A stretch of 64,000 nt of DNA from Promethearchaeota archaeon (GCA_048939995.1 JBHLOY010000004.1:1-64000), one strand, 5' to 3'; shown: positions 30,183 through 41,273, numbered from the stretch's first letter. The notes: generated by a model from the sequence alone, not told the origin. Numbers and translations are program-made.

Positions 30183-30752
30183 TTATTTTTTAGGTTTATA
30201 AGTTGTACCTACTTCATACGCTTCTCCTAAATAATCCCCTATTTTTCGATATGGACCGTTAGGCATAAGACAGATAAATGAGTCAAAGTTTTCAACGACG
30301 GGATTATCATCTTTTACATATTTTTCATCAATATATATTTCGATAATTTCTCCTATAAAAAAATCAGTGTTCTTGAATTCTTTAATATTAATGAGTTTAC
30401 ATTCAATATTGACTCCACATTCTTTAATCATTGGGGCTGTTCCAAGCTCCCCATAAAAAAGATCGAATTCCTTGGATTTATCAACTCTAGCCCCAGAATG
30501 TAGACCACAATAATCAGTAACTATAACCATTTCACGAGTAGGAATATTAATACTAAATGATCTATTTTCCTTTATTCCTGAATTCGTATAATGTTTTTTT
30601 GACATAGCCACACCAATCAATGGAGGATTATCGTGAATCATGTTAAACCATATAACTGTATTAAAATTTGGCTTGCCATTTACATGGGCTCCTATAAGAC
30701 ATACTGGTAAGGGCAGTATGGGTAATTTCCATCCAGTTTTTACTTTACTCAT
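30183..30752 (-). CDS. Flavin reductase-like protein (likely start MSKVK at 30752)
   Basis: PLPVCLIG, GKPN, FSINIP, DYCGLHSG, APMIKEC..NIEC. Confidence 0.9.
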   Translation of the reverse strand: MSKVKTGWKLPILPLPVCLIGAHVNGKPNFNTVIWFNMIHDNPPLIGVAMSKKHYTNSGIKENRSFSINIPTREMVIVTDYCGLHSGARVDKSKEFDLFYGELGTAPMIKECGVNIECKLINIKEFKNTDFFIGEIIEIYIDEKYVKDDNPVVENFDSFICLMPNGPYRKIGDYLGEAYEVGTTYKPKK

Positions 30753-30909
30753 ATTTTTTAACTTTATTATATATTTTTGATTGAAGTATCTCAGTAATAG
30801 ATAATACTGCATTAGAATTGCATTTCTTTCGGTAAATTTGATTATACTGATATCGAAAAGACATAGTTTCCATATTTTTTCTAATACTTCTATAATTTTT
30901 TTTATCGAT

Positions 30910-30939
30910 TGTTCTATTTCGAACGTTCGATATAGAACA
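30910..30939. repeat. 30-bp palindrome with one mismatched pair
   Basis: TGTTCTATTTCGAACGTTCGATATAGAACA. Confidence 0.8.
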
Positions 30940-31331
30940 GATATTCACTTTCATATATAAACCTTATGCAAATAAAGGAAATTTTTTAACAAATTGGAGC
31001 ATAATGACTATAGTTTCTTAATAAATTATTTAAATAAATTAATTTAAAAACTTTCAAATTCAAAATTTTATAAATAGAAATTATTTAAATCGGGAATTGA
31101 AAAATAATAAGTTTCTTTTTTATATGATGGCTAAATTTTCAGAAGATTTTTTGTAATACAGCCTTTATGTAATAGGAATTTGTTCAACCTAAAACAAAAG
31201 GTTTAAATATATTTTTAGAACGTATTAAAAATATTATAACAATCATCAATTCAAGTAAAATATTTTCACTATTTTCAATATTTCGATAAACTTAAATATT
31301 TTCTATTTATATTTTATATTAAAAGAATTTC

Positions 31332-31351
31332 AGTGGGAAGCAAGTCCCACT
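31332..31351 (+). promoter_or_regulatory. GC-rich hairpin or inverted repeat in the leader of the wHTH gene
   Basis: AGTGGGA-AGCAAG-TCCCACT, lying between a TTAAATA TATA-like box and the GGTGA RBS. Confidence 0.55.
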
Positions 31352-31388
31352 AAAATGAAAAAAAAAAACCCTAGCAGGTGAATAAAGT

Positions 31389-31643
31389 ATGGCATTAGAA
31401 AAAATAAAATCAAGTATGGATAGTATTATAAAACCCAAGAAAGCCGTTTATAGGACATATGAATTAATGTGTCTCGAGAAACTTAAGGAATTAGGAAAAT
31501 CAACAGCAGCACAATGGTCTGCTGCGATGGGATATGAACATAGAAGCTCACTTGCTAAAGTTATAAAAAGGATCAAAATGAAATATCCTGATAAGCTAAA
31601 GATTTATTATGACAGGACACCTCGGCAATATGAAGCTTTATAA
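31389..31643 (+). CDS. Small basic winged-helix DNA-binding protein
   Basis: LKELGKSTAAQWSAAMGY..RSSLAKVI HTH-like pattern with a PRQY wing; GGTGA RBS. Confidence 0.75.
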   Translation: MALEKIKSSMDSIIKPKKAVYRTYELMCLEKLKELGKSTAAQWSAAMGYEHRSSLAKVIKRIKMKYPDKLKIYYDRTPRQYEAL

Positions 31644-31703
31644 ATTATAGGAATTGCATAGAAATCCTTTTAATTTTCATTATATAGTAAGTGTGTCAAA
31701 AAA

Positions 31704-32015
31704 ATGATGATTAAATGCCCATCGTGTGGAATTGAATATTCTTATGGTAGGAATATATGTCATACGTGTGAAAAGTACTGTATATTCTTTGGTTCAATCT
31801 TCAATTTAGGACGAACAGAGCGTGATTGGAATTGTAATACAAAGAAGACTTTAGCAAGTTTAGACAACTTTCCGCATAAATCAAAAATTGTCAGAGAATT
31901 GGATGATTATGAATTAATTTTAGAAAAAACAAAGCCTTACCAGTGGAATTGCGATCCAGCATTGAAAATTTCAATTCAGGATAAAGGCATGAGCTATTAT
32001 CATCTATATGAATGA
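31704..32015 (+). CDS. Hypothetical Zn-ribbon protein with two WNC motifs and a C-terminal LYE; paralog of 13377..13784
   Basis: KCPSCGIEYSY...ICHTCE, DWNC, YQWNC, HLYE. Confidence 0.8.
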   Translation: MMIKCPSCGIEYSYGRNICHTCEKYCIFFGSIFNLGRTERDWNCNTKKTLASLDNFPHKSKIVRELDDYELILEKTKPYQWNCDPALKISIQDKGMSYYHLYE

Positions 32016-32052
32016 TGAGAATTAAAATAGATAATAAATAATAAAAAGAGAT

Positions 32053-33849
32053 TTAGATTAATTTTTCTAATTGGTTTACAAATTCTTCATATTGCTTAAT
32101 ACCAAGCTCCCAAAATTCTGCTTTTGTGATATCTAGCCCAACAATTTTTCCTAAATCTACAGAGGACAAGCTACCACCTGCACTTAATAACTTTTTAAAC
32201 TTCGGAATAAAGGCTTTTCCTTCTGCTTTATATTTTTGATAGAGCGCATACACAAATAGTTGAGCGTAGACATACGGATAATTATAAAACCTGAGTCCTA
32301 TTCTAAAATAGTGTGGTTTCATTGTCCATTCCCAAATAAGTTCATCGAAAAAATCAACAGCCTCTCCATATATCATATCTCGCCCGGCAACCCAGTGTTT
32401 AGCTATAGTTTGGCCATCTAAATATTCATTTTTTTTGATTGCATCATATAGATTTTGTTCGAACCAATATCTTGCGCTTACTTGAAAGACTGCCATGCCT
32501 GCCTCATCAAGTACGTTTGCCAAAATCGTTCGCTTAATGACATCCGATTCAGATTTTTCTAATAATAAATCTGTTAATAATAATTCACCAAAAATGGATG
32601 CACACTCAGCAACAGTATATCCCGGATGAATATTGAAATAAGTTTGAGCTTTCATAGCTAGATAATCATGAATTGCATGGCCTAACTCATGAGCTAATGT
32701 GAAAATTTCCCTTAATTGACCAGTATAGTTCATAAGAATAAATGCGGATTTCCCATTAAACCATGAAGTACAATATGCTCCGTTTCTCTTTCCATCTCGA
32801 GTACTAGCATCAATATGGTTCATGTTAAACATATCCCTAACATAACCAGCAAACTCTTCATCAAACTTATTATAAGCTTCAATTACTAGATTTTTAGTTT
32901 CTTGCCAGCTATATTTCTTTTCTGGTGCTTCTAGTAATGGTGCTAAAACATCAGCATAGTTTAGTTTTGGTAATTTAAGGAGTTTAGCCTTTAATTTCAT
33001 ATATCTTCTATATACATTTGCGTTCTTTTCAATAGTTTTCATTAAATTTTCTATTATTTCTTGGGATGTGTCGTTTGTAATAAGGCTATCGTGTAAAGCA
33101 TTATCGTACTTTCTTCTATTAACGATTTTCATCCAATCTCCACATATATTTCTCAAAGCTGTTGAAAATATATATTCATCCTTCCCTAGCTTGCTATAGA
33201 TTGATCTCTGAGCAGATATTCTCGTATCTCGGTCTGGATGGCTTAATAAACTATTTGCATCATTATATGATAATATTTTGGCTTCTCCCATTACCTTTAC
33301 TTTAAATTTTCTCGTATTCAACCATTTAGCTTGCAATTGACTCCATTGAATAATACCAAATTGATCCTTTTCTAAAATTAATTGTTCTTCTATTTCTGAT
33401 AATTGATGTGGTTGCTTTCTCCTAATTTTCTCCAAATAGTGTTTATAATTCTTTAATAGGTCATCATCAATTAAATCTTCATTCTGAAATACATATTTTC
33501 CTATATCTAGTTCAAGAAAAGCTAGTTTTTGAGCAAGTTCAGTACTGAATTGAACGACTTTATTTTTTAAAATTTCGGACTCTGGGATTTTCATGTTTGC
33601 ATCATATAAAATATATGAATATGTAGCTAATTCATCTAAATTTGCTTCAAACTCTTCTTGTCTTTTAAATAACGTTAGTAAATCTTTATTTGTAAATTCT
33701 GGTTTCTTTATTTTCCCTCTATAGTTTTGAACAAAACCCTCAGCTTCCTTATTTAGATTTTTTATAACGCTACCTATTTTGGTGTCATTATGACTTCTAA
33801 ATAAGCCCGTTAAATCCCATGCGATTTCTTCATTTGTCATATAAATCAA
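32053..33849 (-). CDS. pepF: Oligoendopeptidase F (M3B)
   Basis: WDL N-terminus, GKRNGAY, HELGH, AECAS, FYNYPY. Confidence 0.93.
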   Translation of the reverse strand: MIYMTNEEIAWDLTGLFRSHNDTKIGSVIKNLNKEAEGFVQNYRGKIKKPEFTNKDLLTLFKRQEEFEANLDELATYSYILYDANMKIPESEILKNKVVQFSTELAQKLAFLELDIGKYVFQNEDLIDDDLLKNYKHYLEKIRRKQPHQLSEIEEQLILEKDQFGIIQWSQLQAKWLNTRKFKVKVMGEAKILSYNDANSLLSHPDRDTRISAQRSIYSKLGKDEYIFSTALRNICGDWMKIVNRRKYDNALHDSLITNDTSQEIIENLMKTIEKNANVYRRYMKLKAKLLKLPKLNYADVLAPLLEAPEKKYSWQETKNLVIEAYNKFDEEFAGYVRDMFNMNHIDASTRDGKRNGAYCTSWFNGKSAFILMNYTGQLREIFTLAHELGHAIHDYLAMKAQTYFNIHPGYTVAECASIFGELLLTDLLLEKSESDVIKRTILANVLDEAGMAVFQVSARYWFEQNLYDAIKKNEYLDGQTIAKHWVAGRDMIYGEAVDFFDELIWEWTMKPHYFRIGLRFYNYPYVYAQLFVYALYQKYKAEGKAFIPKFKKLLSAGGSLSSVDLGKIVGLDITKAEFWELGIKQYEEFVNQLEKLI

Positions 33850-33910
33850 ATTAATATTTTGTACTTAATCAAATTAAAAAAGAAATTAAAATCTGCTAGA
33901 AAAAATTAAA

Positions 33911-35485
33911 TTATTCATATTCAATTGTACTTGGGGGTTTGTTTGAAATATCATAAACAACCCTGTTAAAGCCTTTAACTTCATTGATAATTCGTGTGCC
34001 TATTTTTTCTAATAAATTCCAATCTAATTTCGCAAAGTTTGCGGTCATTGCATCAATAGATTCTACAGCTCTTATAGAACATATGTATTCATATGTTCGA
34101 TAATCCCCCATAATGCCAACTGTTTTAATTGGCAGTAATACACAAAAAACCTGCCAGAGTTTTTCATAGAGCGATGCTTTTTCGATTTCCTCCAATAGAA
34201 TCGCATCAGCTTCCTTTAACATTTCTAACTTTTCTTTATCTATCGGTCCAAGGCATCTAACTGCGAGTCCAGGTCCAGGAAATGGATGTCTATAGATCAA
34301 TTCTTTTGGTAATCCTAGTTCTAATCCAATTTTCCTAACCTCGTCCTTATATAAGTCCTTTAATGGTTCGATCAATTCTAATTTCATATTTTTAGGTAAT
34401 GTGACATTATGATGTGATTTAATTTTAGCAGCCGATTTACTAGTAGCAGCAGTCTCAACTCGATCGGGATAAATTGTCCCTTGAGCAAGATATTTTATAT
34501 TTGGAAAGTGCTTTTCTAATTCTAATGTTTTCTTTTCAAATACTTCTATAAATTTATGCCCTATAATTTGACGTTTTTCTTCAGGATCTTCAACATCCTT
34601 TAAATTTTCTAAAAAAATCTCTTCAGCATTTACAAAATGAAAATTTTTGAATTGTAATTGTCCTTGAAAAAGCTCTTGAACTTCTATTTCTTCATTTTTA
34701 CGTAAAAGACCATTATTTACAAAAATACAATGAAGTCTATCACCTATTGCTCTATGAATTAATGCAGCAGTAACAGACGAATCGACTCCTCCACTAAGCC
34801 CTAAAATTACCCTATATTCTTTACCTGCTTTTTTTTGAATATTTTTTATAGTTTTTGTTATCCAATCGCTTAATTCCCATTCTTTATTACATTCAGCGAC
34901 TCTAAATAAAAAATTTTCTAAAATTAATTGTCCATTAAGAGTGTGTTTCACTTCTGGATGAAATTGAAGTCCAAAAATCTTTTTTTCGTGGTTCGCATAA
35001 GCTGCGATGGGGCATGTATCTGTTTTAGCCAACACTTTAAAATTAACTGGTAACTTTATTACTTGATCTCCATGAGACATCCACACAATTTGGACATTTT
35101 TATCCAACTCACTAAAGATAAGATCATTTTCTAGAATTTCTAAGTTAGTTTTACCGTATTCTTTTTTTTCTTTAGCAATTATAGTTCCTCCTGAATTCAA
35201 TGCTATAAGATGAAATCCATAACATATACCTAATAATGGAATTTTTTTTCTTAGGATATATTGAAATACATCCTTTGAAAGCTGAGGGCTTCCTTTTTCA
35301 TAAACAGATTGAGGACCTCCAGATAAAATAATCGCATTAGGATTTATCTTTTTTATACTTTCTACATTAATATAAAAAGGATAGATCTCAGAATATACCC
35401 CCAATTCTCTTATCCTCCTAGCAATTAAATGGGTGTATTGACTTCCAAAATCTAATACGATTATCATTTTTGTAAATTCACACAA
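33911..35485 (-). CDS. guaA: GMP synthase (fused glutaminase and ATPPase domains)
   Basis: DFGSQY, GICYG, QFHPEV, SGGVDS, HPFPGPGL, KPPSTIE. Confidence 0.97.
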   Translation of the reverse strand: MCEFTKMIIVLDFGSQYTHLIARRIRELGVYSEIYPFYINVESIKKINPNAIILSGGPQSVYEKGSPQLSKDVFQYILRKKIPLLGICYGFHLIALNSGGTIIAKEKKEYGKTNLEILENDLIFSELDKNVQIVWMSHGDQVIKLPVNFKVLAKTDTCPIAAYANHEKKIFGLQFHPEVKHTLNGQLILENFLFRVAECNKEWELSDWITKTIKNIQKKAGKEYRVILGLSGGVDSSVTAALIHRAIGDRLHCIFVNNGLLRKNEEIEVQELFQGQLQFKNFHFVNAEEIFLENLKDVEDPEEKRQIIGHKFIEVFEKKTLELEKHFPNIKYLAQGTIYPDRVETAATSKSAAKIKSHHNVTLPKNMKLELIEPLKDLYKDEVRKIGLELGLPKELIYRHPFPGPGLAVRCLGPIDKEKLEMLKEADAILLEEIEKASLYEKLWQVFCVLLPIKTVGIMGDYRTYEYICSIRAVESIDAMTANFAKLDWNLLEKIGTRIINEVKGFNRVVYDISNKPPSTIEYE

Positions 35486-35596
35486 TGTTGCAGTTAATTA
35501 TAAAAAGTAATTGCTTGAATTAAAATAAGTTTAGTCTATATAGATTATTATCTTCTGATAAAAAAGAGAAAATAAAAATAAAGTAAAATTAAAATA

Positions 35597-36856
35597 TCAA
35601 ATCCATCCTCGTAATTTCATGGCTTCGATAACCCTATCGATTGAAATCATATAGGCTCCCATTCGATTATGGGTGTTATATTGCTTAGCATGCTCTACAG
35701 TCGCTCTATAAGCATTTGTCATTATTCTATCTAAAGCAGCGAATACTTCTTTTTCGGTCCAAAAATACATATAATAACCTTGTACCATTTCGAAATATGA
35801 AACAGTTACCCCACCAGCATTACATAAAAAGTCAGGAATTAATAGTACGCCATTATTAAATAGAATTCTATCAGCATCGGGTGTGGTAGGGCCATTTGCT
35901 AATTCAGCTAAGATTTTAGCTTTAACATTCTTCGCATTCTTCTCAGTAATTTCGTTTTCAAGAGCTGCTGGAACTAAAATATCACATTCCAATTCAAGGA
36001 GTTCTTCATTAGTAATTTTTTTTGTTCCTTCTAGACCGACAACAGTTCTCGTCTTTTCTTTATGATTTGCAGCCATATAAGGATCGATCCCATTTTCATT
36101 ATATATTCCACCTTTGGAATCGGATACAGAAATGATTTTGCATCCAAAATCATCGTGTAGAATTTTAGCCGCCCAAGAACCTGCATTTCCATATCCCTGT
36201 ATAGCTACGCTTGCTCCATTTAACTCCAATCCAATGTCTTTAGCTGCTTCTCTAATAGTAAATACTCCTCCTTTAGCCGTTGCTATTGACCTTCCAGCAC
36301 TCCCCCCTAATGGTAAAGGTTTCCCTGTGATTACAGAAGGTGAATGTTTACGTATTATCTTTTCATACTCATCCATCATCCATGCCATAATTTGAGGATT
36401 TGTATAAACATCTGGAGCAGGTACATCAATATTAGGTCCAATAAAGTCTGCCAATTGCCTGATGTAGCTCCTAGCTAGAACTTCTAATTCCCTATTGCTC
36501 ATTCCTTTCGGATCACAAATGATGCCACCCTTAGCTCCACCAAGTGGAATATCTACACATGCTGTTTTCCACGTCATCCACGCGCTAAGAGCCTTAACCA
36601 AGGATGCACTCTCTTCAGGGTGCCATCGTATCCCTCCTTTCATTGGACCTCTTGCGGAATTATACTGACTTCGGAATCCCTTAAATGTTTTTATAGTCCC
36701 ATCGTCCATCTTAATGGTAATTTTTACTTGAACAAACCTTTCGGGTTCACTTAAAGTCTGATAGATATCGTTGCCAATCTCCTTTAATTCACATGCTTCC
36801 CTTAATTGCTTTTGAGATATAAGAAACGGGTCGAGTGTCTCACTCATTAATCTCAC
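35597..36856 (-). CDS. gdhA: Glutamate dehydrogenase
   Basis: KGGIRW, GGAKGG, VPAPDV, QGYGNAG, ANGPTT, NAGGV. Confidence 0.95.
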   Translation of the reverse strand: MRLMSETLDPFLISQKQLREACELKEIGNDIYQTLSEPERFVQVKITIKMDDGTIKTFKGFRSQYNSARGPMKGGIRWHPEESASLVKALSAWMTWKTACVDIPLGGAKGGIICDPKGMSNRELEVLARSYIRQLADFIGPNIDVPAPDVYTNPQIMAWMMDEYEKIIRKHSPSVITGKPLPLGGSAGRSIATAKGGVFTIREAAKDIGLELNGASVAIQGYGNAGSWAAKILHDDFGCKIISVSDSKGGIYNENGIDPYMAANHKEKTRTVVGLEGTKKITNEELLELECDILVPAALENEITEKNAKNVKAKILAELANGPTTPDADRILFNNGVLLIPDFLCNAGGVTVSYFEMVQGYYMYFWTEKEVFAALDRIMTNAYRATVEHAKQYNTHNRMGAYMISIDRVIEAMKLRGWI

Positions 36857-37199
36857 ATGTTTTTGAAATTTTATATTATGACGTATTTTTCAATAGTTCT
36901 ATATAATGGGGACAATTATTTAAACAATTTTCATTTAAAAGGGAAAAAGTTGGGATTTTTTTAATAATACAATTTTATCTAAAAAATAAGGAAAAGGTTT
37001 ATGATATGACTTTTATAGTGATAACAAACAGAATTAACCAAATGAGTTATAATACACTTTGTCGAGATCATCGTAATCTTTACGGCTGATTCCTTTTTCC
37101 TTTCGTTCTTTCTTCACGATTAATCTCATCTTTGGACAGAATACTTTCGAAATATGAATAACTCCACGCGTCGATAAGGAAGGTAATAACTTCAACTAG

Positions 37200-37234
37200 A
37201 AAAAAGAAAAAAAAAGATGTGACTTAGTCACATC
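37200..37234 (-). terminator. Hairpin plus U-tract directly after the stop of 37233..38444
   Basis: GATGTGACT-T-AGTCACATC (37216-37234), followed on the minus strand by a ~15-nt T-rich run. Confidence 0.6.
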
Positions 37235-38444
37235 AACGTGGTATGCCGCCATGAGGGCGTAAATAATATATTCTTGTATATGCCGCATCAAGATTCCAAA
37301 GTATTATTTCTGTTTCTAAGAAGCTAAAATCCCAATTCAAAAAATGAATCCTGTATACTTGTTCCAAAGCGACACACATTCTCACTTCCCAAATATCTCT
37401 TCTATAGGATGTTGAGGTAATAGCATATTTAGGGGAATAAAGGGTAAATCGAGTAATACTTGCAACTAGAAGATAATATATGATTCTTGAGTTTTCAGAA
37501 TATGGCCAGTCATAGATCATTAAGTAATCAACATGAGTGCCTCTATCATAACCATAATCAAAAATCCAGTTGCCAACTGTATTTTGGAAAAAGTCAATAA
37601 AATGATTTAGATTCACATAATACATATATAATTCAAAAAGAAAATTTAGAACAGCGCCAATGGGGGGATGTCCAAGTAGAATCTCCATTGCAGCATGTAT
37701 AGCAAGCCTTGCTGAAGATTCTAATAGAAATTCTTCATTATAATATTGATTTAGAAAGACATTGTAAATATCAATATATCCTTTACCGGGTTCATCATAA
37801 GATCCTATAGCAGCAAGAGTGAGAAATAGAGAATGTTGAGGATTAGTTAATAGTTTACTATTTTTCTCTATTAGCGTTAAAGAATCTTCAAAGAGCTTCT
37901 CTTCATTTAAATAAAGAGATAGTGTCAATAAAGTGAAATCTACTCCAATGCGATAATCTGCTTTACTAATGAACGGAGCAATAATATTGTCTAACGCTCG
38001 GACATCATGTTGGTAAATTGATAGACCTGAGCATGTAGGTAGAATTATTAACTTATCATTGTATTTTGATGTTACATCAACTAGGTTATTCCAAGAAATT
38101 GCTGCATTATGAATTAGAAGAGATTCTTCATTACTGTGTCCAAAGAGGATAATATAGTTATGTGGATTGCAATCCAAAAGTACATCAAGAGAATTTAAAT
38201 CATCAATGACCTTGGTTTCGACATCTGCGTAATCTTGTAGCTTATTCTCCAATAAATTAATGCCACTTTTAATGATATTATCATCATCCAGAGCATAGAT
38301 TGTTATTCCAGTATCTAATAGCTCTTCAGTGTTATTTTTGGGATTATATATTTGTACACTACAAAAAGTTACAAAGCTAAAAGAAGAACATAGAAAAACG
38401 ACAAAAAAGATCAAAATTTGCTTTTTATAATGATACATTTTCAT
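37233..38444 (-). CDS. Secreted or membrane-anchored hypothetical protein with a putative caspase/CHAT-like His-Cys dyad
   Basis: Signal-like N-terminus; YIILFGHS...LIILPTCS. Confidence 0.7.
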   Translation of the reverse strand: MKMYHYKKQILIFFVVFLCSSFSFVTFCSVQIYNPKNNTEELLDTGITIYALDDDNIIKSGINLLENKLQDYADVETKVIDDLNSLDVLLDCNPHNYIILFGHSNEESLLIHNAAISWNNLVDVTSKYNDKLIILPTCSGLSIYQHDVRALDNIIAPFISKADYRIGVDFTLLTLSLYLNEEKLFEDSLTLIEKNSKLLTNPQHSLFLTLAAIGSYDEPGKGYIDIYNVFLNQYYNEEFLLESSARLAIHAAMEILLGHPPIGAVLNFLFELYMYYVNLNHFIDFFQNTVGNWIFDYGYDRGTHVDYLMIYDWPYSENSRIIYYLLVASITRFTLYSPKYAITSTSYRRDIWEVRMCVALEQVYRIHFLNWDFSFLETEIILWNLDAAYTRIYYLRPHGGIPR

Positions 38445-38692
38445 TTTAATCAGATTTCTTTTTGTATTATATTAAGTGAATCACCCATTTATATGTAATC
38501 CCTATCAATAAATTTCGGGATTAGAGCCCATATGAAACAGAGTATCCACTGGTAATTTTACTTGCTCAATATTTTTATGAAATTTAGAATCCGTAACTTT
38601 TATATTCTATGCTTTTCTTAAATTTAAATTATACTTTCTTTAATTATTTTCAATAAAAATATATCACGTAATTTTTAAACAATTGGTTATTA

Positions 38693-39949
38693 ATGCCAGA
38701 TGAGATAAACCCTTTTGATGTAGCTAAAAAACAAATTGATATTGTTGCTAAGGAAATGGGATTACACCCGAATATTGCCGAATATCTTAAGAGAGTTGAG
38801 CGCTCTTTAATTGTTTCAATTCCAATCATAATGGATGATGGTTCATTGAAAATCTTTGAAGGTTACCGAGTACATCATTCTACTGTTCGAGGTCCTGGAA
38901 AAGGAGGAATTAGATATTCACCAAATGTTTATCTAGATGAAGTCAAAGCACTAGCTACCTGGATGACATTTAAAACTAGCCTATTAAATTTACCACTTGG
39001 AGGAGCTAAAGGAGGTGTTTGTGTAGATTCACGGAAGTTATCACCAATAGAATTAGAAAGGTTAACCCGAAGATATACTGCAGAAATAATAAACATGATA
39101 GGCCCTGATATGGATATCCCTGCTCCAGATATAGCGACAGATCGCAGAATAATGGCATGGATTATGGATACTTATTCAATGCAGAAAGGCAGATCAATAC
39201 CTGGTGTAGTAACAGGGAAACCGATCGAAATTGGAGGATCTGTGGGGAGGGAATCCGCAACCGGTATGGGTCTTTATTTTGTGTTGCATGGAATATGCGA
39301 AAAATTACACTATGATCACAAACAATTAAGCTATATTGTGCAAGGATTTGGAAACGTGGGGGGCACGATTGCAAAATTACTTTATGATGATGGGTGTAAA
39401 GTTTTAGCTGTATCAGATGTTTCAACTGGCTTATATTATGAAGAGGGGTTAGAAATCCCTAAACTTTTAGAATGGGTGAATCATGGTAACTATTTAGAGA
39501 ATTATAAAGATAGCAAATATAAATTCATTACAAATGAAGAACTTCTTACTAGTAAATGTGATGTGTTAATCCCTGCAGCTATTGAGAATCAAATAACTGA
39601 AATAAATGCTGATAAATTAAACTGTAAAATAATTTTGGAAGGGGCAAATGGTCCTACTACCCCAGAAGCTGATAAAATCCTATTCAAAAAAGGAATCCAT
39701 GTATTACCCGATATTTTAGCTAATAGCGGAGGCGTTTGTGTTTCATACTTTGAATATTTACAGGATATCCACTCCTACTTCTGGAAATTAGATCGCATTA
39801 ATAAGGAATTAAAGAGAATTATATTAGATGCTTTTGAGGAAACTTATAAAATTTCTCAAGAAAGGAAGATTCAACTTCGCACAGCAGCTTATATTATAGC
39901 TGTGGGTAGGCTTGCTAAAGCCATAGAGCTAAGAGGCTTCTTCCCATAA
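38693..39949 (+). CDS. gdhA: Glutamate dehydrogenase (second paralog)
   Basis: KGGIRY, GGAKGG, IPAPDI, QGFGNVG, GANGPTT, NSGGV. Confidence 0.95.
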   Translation: MPDEINPFDVAKKQIDIVAKEMGLHPNIAEYLKRVERSLIVSIPIIMDDGSLKIFEGYRVHHSTVRGPGKGGIRYSPNVYLDEVKALATWMTFKTSLLNLPLGGAKGGVCVDSRKLSPIELERLTRRYTAEIINMIGPDMDIPAPDIATDRRIMAWIMDTYSMQKGRSIPGVVTGKPIEIGGSVGRESATGMGLYFVLHGICEKLHYDHKQLSYIVQGFGNVGGTIAKLLYDDGCKVLAVSDVSTGLYYEEGLEIPKLLEWVNHGNYLENYKDSKYKFITNEELLTSKCDVLIPAAIENQITEINADKLNCKIILEGANGPTTPEADKILFKKGIHVLPDILANSGGVCVSYFEYLQDIHSYFWKLDRINKELKRIILDAFEETYKISQERKIQLRTAAYIIAVGRLAKAIELRGFFP

Positions 39950-39953
39950 CAAG

Positions 39954-41273
39954 TTATCCTGAAAAGGGAATCAGTATCACCAGATACAACATTGCGATTA
40001 TTAAATGGATTGTAGCAAAAATTGCCCCCATTTTTAGTAATCGTTTATAATTAAGATTTTCCACACCACTGTCTCTAGCTACCTTTAGAGTCATCATATC
40101 TGCTGCGGCTCCTTGTGGAATAAAATTTCCTCCAAGATTGATTGCAACAATTAATGAAAATATGAGAGGAATAAATGGGAAAGAAAAGTCGCTTATTAAG
40201 GTATTCACGATGGGAATAAAAATTAAGGCTGTAGGGGTATTAGCTACAAATCCCGAGATTAAGCTAATTCCAATAAGCAGTAAAAATGACAATAGTATTG
40301 GATTTACAACCGCAAAAGGAATTAATTGAAAAATTTCGCCAAATCCCGCTTCTATAAGAGAACCAACGATGATATATAAAGAAATGAAGAAAAAAATAAT
40401 TTCCCACTCGATATCTCTAAGTAGTTCTCCCATTGGTTTTTTTGTGAACTTTTTGTTTACAATCACAAGTATTAATGCCGCAGTTATAGCTGTTAAATAG
40501 AGGAGAGGTAAAATAGCAAATAAGGATATTGTTACAATTATTGCAATACTATTAAAATAAAAATATTTTTTATTTTTTATCATAATATCAGCATCTACTA
40601 ATTCTAATACAAATTGCTTCTGTTGTTCTTCGATTTTTGGCTCTTTAGATAGTAGAAACCGGTCAATTAGAAAGATGGTTAAAAATAATAATAAAAAAGA
40701 AAATATCCAATAATATTGAATAAAGTATAAAGTGTTCAATTCAGGCACTATTGAAGCCCAATCTCCATAGGTGGTTATAATGATATTTTCTCCACTTGAA
40801 AAGGGAGTAATCATCGAGCCAATATTTATGCATATAGTCATCCCCAATAAATAAGTTCCTGCTCTTATTTTTAGAAAATGACATAACCTGACTACAACTG
40901 GAGCTAAAATTAAAACTACAACCACATCAGTGATAATAGCTGCTAATAAAGTAGTTATAACACAAAGAAGATATAAGAATATTCTCTGGTTTCCTTTAGA
41001 AAGTTTAAATAATTTTACCGCTACAAATTCTAGAATATTTGAATCTTGAGCGACTTTAGTAATTAAACTCATACTGAGAATAATAATAATGGCTTCCCAT
41101 TCGATCATCTGAATAAATTCTGTAAATTGAATCTTTAGAGCTACAAAAGTAATTGTTGCACCAGTGAACATGCATAATAAAGAAATAGCAACAAAATCAG
41201 CATTTTTAATTGAGTAACTTAAGATGATTAAGATAAAAAGTACAAATAGAATAATTAGAACTGGAATATTCAT
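39954..41273 (-). CDS. ArsB/NhaD/SLC13 (P-protein-like) permease
   Basis: About 11 TM segments; NIGSMITP, ISGFVANTP, NLGGNFIP. Confidence 0.85.
   Translation of the reverse strand: MNIPVLIILFVLFILIILSYSIKNADFVAISLLCMFTGATITFVALKIQFTEFIQMIEWEAIIIILSMSLITKVAQDSNILEFVAVKLFKLSKGNQRIFLYLLCVITTLLAAIITDVVVVLILAPVVVRLCHFLKIRAGTYLLGMTICINIGSMITPFSSGENIIITTYGDWASIVPELNTLYFIQYYWIFSFLLLFLTIFLIDRFLLSKEPKIEEQQKQFVLELVDADIMIKNKKYFYFNSIAIIVTISLFAILPLLYLTAITAALILVIVNKKFTKKPMGELLRDIEWEIIFFFISLYIIVGSLIEAGFGEIFQLIPFAVVNPILLSFLLLIGISLISGFVANTPTALIFIPIVNTLISDFSFPFIPLIFSLIVAINLGGNFIPQGAAADMMTLKVARDSGVENLNYKRLLKMGAIFATIHLIIAMLYLVILIPFSG

Noticed and set aside
30745-30954. 69-aa minus-strand ORF upstream of the flavin reductase
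   Set aside because: No motif or RBS; overlaps the probable promoter and the palindrome.
37034-37200. ~50-codon minus-strand open frame, possible transposase remnant
   Set aside because: No recognisable motif, terminal repeats or target-site duplication.
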